Shown piece by piece: positions 57,706 through 64,000 of a stretch of 64,000 bases of DNA. How positions within the stretch are numbered: position 1 is the first letter of the stretch; each line of letters opens with the position of its first letter. Both the position numbers and the translations under genes were made by a program. Source of the stretch: an uncultured virus (IMG/VR IMGVR_UViG_2061766007_003336) (lineage: Duplodnaviria > Heunggongvirae > Uroviricota > Caudoviricetes); IMG/VR virus record IMGVR_UViG_2061766007_003336; one strand, given 5' to 3'. Below the pieces are notes generated by a model, which had not been told where the DNA came from, made no database searches, and saw nothing but the letters and a program-made list of their open reading frames with translations.

Positions 57706-58687
57706 AGACACCATACGTTACGCCTTGATGGCATGGCCCCTTATCGAGACAAACCGCCTTACAGTACTTGACCAGATGTTTCTGACGATCGGAAACGGAT
57801 ACGAATGGAAAAACGGAGAGCTGGTTGAGCGGGTTCATGGCAGAGAAATCACGCCTGAAGACATTCCTACTGCTGAAGAAGCCGTGAAACTTGTCGTTCA
57901 GGACACCCTGATAGACCAGGACCCTGCGCAGTGGTATTCGGTCTGGAAGCTTAGAGAAAAAGATCCTGAGAAAATACTGAGGGATAAATTTAAGTATTAC
58001 GCTGAAATAATTACGGGACAAATTGAGCTTATCTACAGAATAGAAGAGCGTATGCAGGATATGTCTGTACCTGACAGGAAACGGTACCCCTACAGTTTCA
58101 TCACAGATAAATCGGTCCCGTCACGATTCAAGACAGGACTTTATCCAATATGCGAATACTCGGATATCTGCAATCTTCCTGACGACATCAAACCTGACTG
58201 GCTTAAAGAAGCACGCAGAGTTTATGACTTCATTATAGGTCACCCGGAGTTGATACCGGACTGCGACAAGCCTGACTTTGATAAATGGCTGCCTAAAGTC
58301 TATGAACGTCTGAAGCAGCTGGAAGGTCCAAAATGGTTGTACCGCCTGGAAGCGGCTAATCCTGACAATGGCCTCTGGTACAACTCAAACAACGAATATG
58401 TCTGGGGCTGCAAAGACTGCGAAGGTGATGCCAAAAACCTGCCTATGGGCTATGATGCCAGATACCATATTGACGGGAGAAACTGGTTCTCGTCATGCTC
58501 AAATAAGGAAGATCTTCTGCACTGGTACTCGAAAGAGGATGCACAGTGGCTTCTCGAACACGGGTTTGTCTTCACAAGATACCTGGCCCGTGATTACCAT
58601 GAATTCGACAAAGAGACCGTATTTCTTAAAGAGACTGCGGCCAAACGTGAAGTAGTGGACTTTTTAACCCTTTTTAAGGAGGACTGA
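57695..58687 (+). CDS. Hypothetical two-domain protein
   Basis: RBS aggagg; aromatic-rich C-terminal domain starting WLYRLE. Confidence 0.75.
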   Translation: MNVEDTIRYALMAWPLIETNRLTVLDQMFLTIGNGYEWKNGELVERVHGREITPEDIPTAEEAVKLVVQDTLIDQDPAQWYSVWKLREKDPEKILRDKFKYYAEIITGQIELIYRIEERMQDMSVPDRKRYPYSFITDKSVPSRFKTGLYPICEYSDICNLPDDIKPDWLKEARRVYDFIIGHPELIPDCDKPDFDKWLPKVYERLKQLEGPKWLYRLEAANPDNGLWYNSNNEYVWGCKDCEGDAKNLPMGYDARYHIDGRNWFSSCSNKEDLLHWYSKEDAQWLLEHGFVFTRYLARDYHEFDKETVFLKETAAKREVVDFLTLFKED

Positions 58688-58688
58688 T

Positions 58689-59324
58689 ATGACTACTAAA
58701 GAAGAAACCGCCGAAAAGTTTATCATGGCAGATATCAAAGATGCGTTCCTGAACAGGAACATAACGCAGGACACTATCTGGCTTGCCAGACACAAAACGA
58801 GCCGTATGACACTGCTTATATATGCAGGTCAACGCGCCTTTAGCCTGCAAAGCTGGAGCAACAGTACGGATAAGAGCCTTGACGCCAGAGCGTATGCACC
58901 TGTTCTTCCCGACGATCCGTGCTGTATAATGCACGGTCTCACATACAAAGAACGCCGGAGAGTTATGGATATGGCGGTCTTTACACAGAAGAAGCTTGGC
59001 AGATACCTGCCTCTGATAGAAAACACTCTTGACGCTCTCCCGTTCGGCCCTGAAAAGGACAAAACCTTCGAAGAGCTCCACGGTGTGCGTGACGCGCTGA
59101 TAAAAGCGTCGTTCCTGCAGATATCGGAATATATCAGAAAACACTTCGATTTCGAACGCGCCTGCCGCGAGGCTTACACGGAAGCGGGGCAGATCGTTCT
59201 TCTCAAACAGAAGATCCTTAAGAACGAAGAAGCGATCGCCGGCTGGCGGGCAGAAATAGAAAAGCTGGAGGCCAAGATCGAAACGCAGCGCTTCCAAAAT
59301 TACCCGGATGAAAAACGCGAATGA
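58689..59324 (+). CDS. Hypothetical protein with C-terminal coiled coil
   Basis: RBS aaggagg. Confidence 0.75.
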   Translation: MTTKEETAEKFIMADIKDAFLNRNITQDTIWLARHKTSRMTLLIYAGQRAFSLQSWSNSTDKSLDARAYAPVLPDDPCCIMHGLTYKERRRVMDMAVFTQKKLGRYLPLIENTLDALPFGPEKDKTFEELHGVRDALIKASFLQISEYIRKHFDFERACREAYTEAGQIVLLKQKILKNEEAIAGWRAEIEKLEAKIETQRFQNYPDEKRE

Positions 59325-59365
59325 CAGGAAAAACTCACAGTTACTAAAAGCACACGGAGGTAAAA

Positions 59366-59980
59366 ATGCACAAACCATTGAATTTTAATGAGGATTGCAG
59401 CGAGATCATCATTGCGATCGAAACGAAAGCTAAACAGACCAAAAACCGCATCGAACTAGACCGGCAACTAAAACATGCCCAGATCAAAGCCGAATGCGAG
59501 CTGCTGGAACCCATACTGAGAAATATCATTAAGGTCGGAAGAGCACTGCTGGACAACGGCTTTAACATCGGACACTTGTTCTGCAGGCCGTCACCATCAG
59601 GGCTTGAGAAATGGTTGAATTTCGGTTTCGTCATGCACGAACAGGATATGAGAGATCCTGGATGGCACCCTGAAGGGGGTGAATACGAAATAGACGGTAT
59701 AGGCTTTACCTCCCAGAAATGTTACGCGTCGCTGTCCGACAAACAGCATCTGTTTTTCCTCTATGATGATGCCGACGGGTATTGGACTGAGGCTGCTCCT
59801 GCCTTTACCAGCGAGACCTATCGCCCGCACATAAAGCCCGATTCTGTATGCCTCGAAGATAAAATCGCAGATTTCAAACGCCGTACCGGTAGCTTTGAGG
59901 ACAAGCTTTCAGAGTATGTAAACAGGATCGTCACCTGTAAGGACACAAGAAACATCAGACATCTGCTGAGGGAGGTTTAA
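59366..59980 (+). CDS. Hypothetical protein
   Basis: RBS ggaggt. Confidence 0.75.
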   Translation: MHKPLNFNEDCSEIIIAIETKAKQTKNRIELDRQLKHAQIKAECELLEPILRNIIKVGRALLDNGFNIGHLFCRPSPSGLEKWLNFGFVMHEQDMRDPGWHPEGGEYEIDGIGFTSQKCYASLSDKQHLFFLYDDADGYWTEAAPAFTSETYRPHIKPDSVCLEDKIADFKRRTGSFEDKLSEYVNRIVTCKDTRNIRHLLREV

Positions 59981-59981
59981 C

Positions 59982-60131
59982 ATGAAGAAAACATGCGGGT
60001 GCTGTTTCAACACCTACAAAGCAAAAATACCGCTTGCTCCGAAAGAGCAGGAAGTTGAGGAAAAAGAACGGGAAAAATACCTGAAACTTAAGGAAGAATA
60101 TCTGGAACTTGAGAAAAAATACGGAGGTTAG
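59982..60131 (+). CDS. 49-aa protein ending YLELEKKYGG (not in ORF track)
   Basis: RBS ggaggt; MKKTCGCCF...EREKYLKLKEEYLELEKKYGG*; tail shared with 60699 and 61689. Confidence 0.65.
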   Translation: MKKTCGCCFNTYKAKIPLAPKEQEVEEKEREKYLKLKEEYLELEKKYGG

Positions 60132-60133
60132 AA

Positions 60134-60709
60134 ATGACACAACTAACACGTGAGACGATTACTCTGGCATACGACCCGACTTACGGCTGGGTCAGCATAG
60201 TGGTTGACCTGGACGGTACAGCTCCTATGCTGTGGCTTTATACAGAACGAACCGGAGAGATCAGAGATACCGGTGGCATCCTTGCCGGCTTACACCCCGT
60301 AATCCCGCCCCTGGATAAAGGAGGGTCTTATAGAGAAGACCAGGTTTACTGCTGGGCGGGTCTGGACTGCTCCTCACGGGACGAAATCAAGGATCTGGTC
60401 TCGAACGTATATGACTGCCTTCAGGGTATGCAGGCAGCATGTCTCGGCCTTTTCGCTGCTCCAGAGATTGATGGCAAACGGGATAGAGAAAGGGAAGTGC
60501 AGTCTGTTGCCAAAAAAATCCTTAGTGAGGCGGTGGACAGACTAAAGGCTCTATTGAGTCATTCTGATCTTAAATCCGGAAAGCAGAGCGTAGAGACCAA
60601 CACAAGACAAGCAAGTGATAGACTTCGTGAGAGGATCGAAAAGCTGGAAACCGAATTGTCTAAACTAAAACGAATAGAGAAAAGATACGGAGGAAATAAT
60701 GACAACTGA
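60134..60709 (+). CDS. Hypothetical protein C1 (paralog of 61115-61696)
   Basis: ETI.LAYD...GW, PVIPP, Y.WAGL and SDL..G shared. Confidence 0.85.
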   Translation: MTQLTRETITLAYDPTYGWVSIVVDLDGTAPMLWLYTERTGEIRDTGGILAGLHPVIPPLDKGGSYREDQVYCWAGLDCSSRDEIKDLVSNVYDCLQGMQAACLGLFAAPEIDGKRDREREVQSVAKKILSEAVDRLKALLSHSDLKSGKQSVETNTRQASDRLRERIEKLETELSKLKRIEKRYGGNNDN

Positions 60710-61118
60710 AACGAAGAACTCGGCTACGCCGTTTGATGTTATCGCTGAATGTCTGCCTAAAATTGACTTTGATAATCTGGACAGACTGAACCAGAGTATA
60801 AGAGAACTGCTCACTGACAAGAGATACTGCGATTTTCTGACCAAGCAGCCGTTCTGGTACCTTGACAGTGACCTCATTACCAGTGTGACGGCTACATACT
60901 GCGGGGAGTATCTTGAAGTCAGTGTTTCGTTCCGCAGTGAAGAAAGCTATGACAACCAGACTGTAGAACATGTAAGCCTCCCGATTGTTTATCTTACAGA
61001 CAGAAAAACGCTCGAGCAGGATATGGCTGCGGAAAAGGCAAAGCAGGAAAAGCAGCGTGAAGAAAGAGAGCGTCAGCAGTATCTGGAACTCCAGAAGAAA
61101 TATGGAGGCCATGAATGA
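60699..61118 (+). CDS. Hypothetical protein D1 (paralog of 61689-62114)
   Basis: LPK..FD, VS.P..YLT.R and EERE..QYLELQKKYGG shared. Confidence 0.85.
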   Translation: MTTETKNSATPFDVIAECLPKIDFDNLDRLNQSIRELLTDKRYCDFLTKQPFWYLDSDLITSVTATYCGEYLEVSVSFRSEESYDNQTVEHVSLPIVYLTDRKTLEQDMAAEKAKQEKQREERERQQYLELQKKYGGHE

Positions 61119-61696
61119 CACCGCTCGCACATGAGACAATCGTTCTGGCATATGATCAGAATTTAGGATGGATAACGTTAAACATTGACGACGATTACTA
61201 CAAGCTTCCTCGGTTCAGACTTCAGTTCGAAATTGCGGAGGATGAGCCATTTATGGCACCGAATCAGATACTTGAACGCATAGTCCCGGTTATTCCCCCT
61301 GAAAATGATGATCAGAGTAAAATATCCGGAAAGCTAGCGTACCGCTGGGCAGGGCTTAACAAGGACAACAGGCTGAAACTCGGAAAGCTGATCCTGAAAA
61401 CTATAGAGCGCATGGACAAACTTACTAGTACATTGATCAGTATAGACAACCCTCCTGTCCCGTACACATTTGACTATATAAAAACTTTCCGGTCTATATC
61501 AGAACAGATCCTTTCAGCTTCCCTTTCCGTGATCCGGGCATTTCTAAACAGTTCAGATCTTACGGCAGGCAGACGCAGGGCTCTTATCAACACGAAAGCG
61601 GCCAGTAAAGCACGCAAGCAGCGAATTTCCCTGCTTGAAGCTGAACTCACGGAGCTGAAACACAAAGAGAAAAAATATGGAGGAACCAATGAATAA
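61115..61696 (+). CDS. Hypothetical protein C2
   Basis: Paralog of 60134-60709. Confidence 0.85.
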   Translation: MTPLAHETIVLAYDQNLGWITLNIDDDYYKLPRFRLQFEIAEDEPFMAPNQILERIVPVIPPENDDQSKISGKLAYRWAGLNKDNRLKLGKLILKTIERMDKLTSTLISIDNPPVPYTFDYIKTFRSISEQILSASLSVIRAFLNSSDLTAGRRRALINTKAASKARKQRISLLEAELTELKHKEKKYGGTNE

Positions 61697-62114
61697 GGAT
61701 CAATCACCGTACGAAGCGCTGGCAAAGTACCTGCCAAAATTCAACTTCGATCTTCTCAGCAAGATTAACCACGCGGTAAAAGAAATTCTCGACACGGAAG
61801 ACGATGACGTCCGCGAATTTATGTGTGGCGGACAGATACACAACTATCACCAGATCTATGACTTGGCTGTCAGCTACGTATGGTCGCACGAAAACAGTGA
61901 CGAACTTCAGGTTGAAGTCCTCGTAAACGTCCATGATCCATATGAGCACAGTACGGAGTGTCTTAATGTGTCGATACCGCTCAAATACCTGACGAACCGT
62001 CAGACGGTTCTCGATGCAATGGCAGCTGCAGAAGAAAAGTACCAGAAGGAGAAGGAAGAGCGGGAGCACTGGCAATACCTGGAGCTACAGAAAAAGTACG
62101 GAGGCAAACAATGA
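61689..62114 (+). CDS. Hypothetical protein D2
   Basis: ATG at 61689 after ggagg; paralog of 60699-61118. Confidence 0.85.
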   Translation: MNKDQSPYEALAKYLPKFNFDLLSKINHAVKEILDTEDDDVREFMCGGQIHNYHQIYDLAVSYVWSHENSDELQVEVLVNVHDPYEHSTECLNVSIPLKYLTNRQTVLDAMAAAEEKYQKEKEEREHWQYLELQKKYGGKQ

Positions 62115-62749
62115 CGAAGAAAAGACTAGACAGGCAAAAGCTTGCTAAAACACGGTCGGCGTTCCTGACCCGATTCCTGGAAGCCGACGACGCTAAGCAG
62201 TACCTTTTGTTCAGCAGATTTATACAGACGTTGTTTATACCTGAAGGCGGGTGGTTCGCGGATACAGGCAGTTTTAAAAACGTCAACGCTACCCTGCTGT
62301 CACGTATTATGGAGAAAGTGAACAGACATCCGTGGCTGTGGCAGAAACTGTTCATGGTCGAACCTGACGGGTGTTGCCAGCACAAAAACCAGGACCATGA
62401 TCTGAAAGAGGACACAAACTTTACTCCTGATGCCGGGAAGACCAAGGAGGAGGCAGAGCAGATCCGGGAGGAACTTGACAAATCACTCAAAAGTGTAACA
62501 GGCGGTACCGGTGGAGCCAAGTCGCTCTACCAGATCAAAACCATAAAGCTGCACGAGTTCCTGAGAGGGCTGCGGACTATCGGGGAGGCACTGAATATGT
62601 CAGCTGCGCAGCTTATAGAGCTGGAAGCGGCGATGCTGACATATATCGGGCGTCACTTTCCGGATAACGCCATAAATATTGGAGTAGCGGATAAAGACGT
62701 TCCCGAATGGTATCAACGCATGCTGGATAACCTGATGAGAAACGAGTAA
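62111..62749 (+). CDS. Hypothetical protein
   Basis: ATGA-coupled ORF. Confidence 0.75.
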   Translation: MTKKRLDRQKLAKTRSAFLTRFLEADDAKQYLLFSRFIQTLFIPEGGWFADTGSFKNVNATLLSRIMEKVNRHPWLWQKLFMVEPDGCCQHKNQDHDLKEDTNFTPDAGKTKEEAEQIREELDKSLKSVTGGTGGAKSLYQIKTIKLHEFLRGLRTIGEALNMSAAQLIELEAAMLTYIGRHFPDNAINIGVADKDVPEWYQRMLDNLMRNE

Positions 62750-62828
62750 TGGTATTCAAAAACACTAGTGTCTATCGCGCAGATAGCGGAGGACAAAGCA
62801 TATTATATAGTTAGTCAAGGAGGAAAAA

Positions 62829-63431
62829 ATGGAAATAATTGATAAAATCAGTTTGAGACCTGCTGTGGTCGAAAAGGATCAGGATGAAATTTATCTTTTT
62901 CTCTCTGATCGGAATGAGATCATCTTACACGACTGTAACAGCGATGAGTGCCTGTTAAGTCCGACAATGCGGAGTGTACCGCTCTGGGTAGGTACCGCTC
63001 AGGGGCCTAACTCATCACTGACGGCATGGATGTATGACGAACACACGCCGGAAAGCTGTCGTATAGCAGGACTGTCGCAGGATTCTGTTAACAGAGTATT
63101 CAAAGACATCGAAAGGGGAATACTGATAGTAAAATACCTTACGGATATCCGGGCGATCGGACAGATATCAAGACTTGTGCTGGATTCAGATGTAACATAC
63201 ATTGACACAACACGGGTAAGAATAGTAACTTCCGTCTGGAAGGACATAAAGCAGAACCTGACGTATGACGCAGCACTTGCCAAAGAACGTGTCGATAAGC
63301 ACAGGAAGGCTAGGATGGAGCAGATAGACAAAGACCTGGCATACTACCGGACTGCGATTAACAAATGTCTTGAAGAAAAGAAACAATTACAGGAGGCCTG
63401 TGAGAAGGTGGAGGGGTTCAATGAAGATTAA
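62829..63431 (+). CDS. Hypothetical protein with C-terminal coiled coil
   Basis: RBS aaggagg. Confidence 0.75.
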   Translation: MEIIDKISLRPAVVEKDQDEIYLFLSDRNEIILHDCNSDECLLSPTMRSVPLWVGTAQGPNSSLTAWMYDEHTPESCRIAGLSQDSVNRVFKDIERGILIVKYLTDIRAIGQISRLVLDSDVTYIDTTRVRIVTSVWKDIKQNLTYDAALAKERVDKHRKARMEQIDKDLAYYRTAINKCLEEKKQLQEACEKVEGFNED

Positions 63432-63708
63432 ATCTATGAATGATCGCGTGTTTGTTACCCTGTCAAGTGTCAGACCTTGTCCTAATGACTGCGGCTATCT
63501 TCTCGGAGAAGTGGCTGCATGCCCGAAGCGGAATCTTATTGATATTCTGATCGGAACTCAGGGAATAGAAGTCGGTGACACAGTCATATTTGGAAGGTTA
63601 TGCGGATCGCGTATTGATTTGGAGGACGAAGCATATTATATAGTCCACTCCAAAGACATTACGGGAGTAGTCAAGGAGGCACATAATGAGAGTAAAAATG
63701 AAAAGTGA
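63421..63708 (+). CDS. groES: GroES/Cpn10-like co-chaperonin
   Basis: MKIKSMNDRVFV...GEVAA...IEVGDTVIF....G..I......IV...DITGVV. Confidence 0.75.
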   Translation: MKIKSMNDRVFVTLSSVRPCPNDCGYLLGEVAACPKRNLIDILIGTQGIEVGDTVIFGRLCGSRIDLEDEAYYIVHSKDITGVVKEAHNESKNEK

Positions 63709-64000
63709 AAAGGCTGCACGCGAGTGGATGCAGTCAAGGATCAACGACTTTCCGAAGATGTTTCCGGTAGGCGGGATCTATTTTGCAACTGATATGGGGT
63801 TTACCGTATATTTTGACGACATCAGGCTGACATACCGTCTCGACTGGGGTTCACAGATTATCCAGGCGTTCGCATTGCCTGTGATTCGTGAAAACAGGTC
63901 TGTCAGACCGATTGAAAAGTATGAAAGCTTTCAAATGTGCTGCAACCAGCTGTCGGTCCTGAAAAACAGCGGCGAAGTTCTTGACGACACGCTGCTGGAA
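63686..64000 (+). CDS. Hypothetical protein, truncated by the window end
   Basis: RBS aaggagg, ATG at 63686, open to the end of the window. Confidence 0.65.
   Translation, partial: MRVKMKSEKAAREWMQSRINDFPKMFPVGGIYFATDMGFTVYFDDIRLTYRLDWGSQIIQAFALPVIRENRSVRPIEKYESFQMCCNQLSVLKNSGEVLDDTLLE

Noticed and set aside
17233..59378. Many long antisense/overlapping ORFs in the track (e.g. 17233-17895, 31739-32347, 36126-36782, 54627-55229, 58674-59378)
   Set aside because: They lie opposite well-supported genes and lack RBSs and motifs; they are shadow frames.
59982..62114. KKYGG tails as ubiquitin-like di-Gly substrates of the E1
   Set aside because: In each case GG is encoded by the GGAGG RBS of the overlapping next gene, which explains it without invoking conjugation.
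1..64000. CRISPR array, rRNA, tRNA, integrase or transposase
   Set aside because: No regularly spaced repeats or recognisable motifs found by eye; a short tRNA could still have been missed.

Overview
This window is a 64-kb slice of a large tailed (myovirus-like, probably jumbo) bacteriophage genome in the standard genetic code, with strong GGAGG ribosome-binding sites. The minus strand carries the virion module: holin-like, fibre-like, neck/adaptor, tail tube, sheath, spike/baseplate, major capsid with two paralogous accessory head genes, a scaffold-like gene and a tape-measure-like gene. It also carries a sigma-like factor and a ~2015-aa single-chain beta-beta' RNA polymerase. These minus-strand units are mostly preceded by near-consensus sigma70/sigmaA promoters. 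Plus-strand blocks are preceded by a different motif (AAA(n)TGnYATAA(G/A)TA). They hold multi-HTH regulators, a MYG1-like nuclease, a candidate structured ncRNA, a duplicated two-gene module, an E2?/GG-tailed protein/E1/JAB ubiquitin-like cluster, a four-gene NAD cluster (nadE-pncA-prs-like-NAMPT-like), tandem paralog cassettes and a GroES homolog. The best candidates for new biology are: (1) a deamidated NAD+-reconstitution pathway whose NAMPT-fold enzyme has Ser at the nicotinamide-specifying Asp position; (2) a phage ubiquitin-like conjugation cluster; (3) a fused RNAP plus sigma with a strand-segregated, N4-like promoter logic. All functional calls come from motif recognition by eye; no searches were run.
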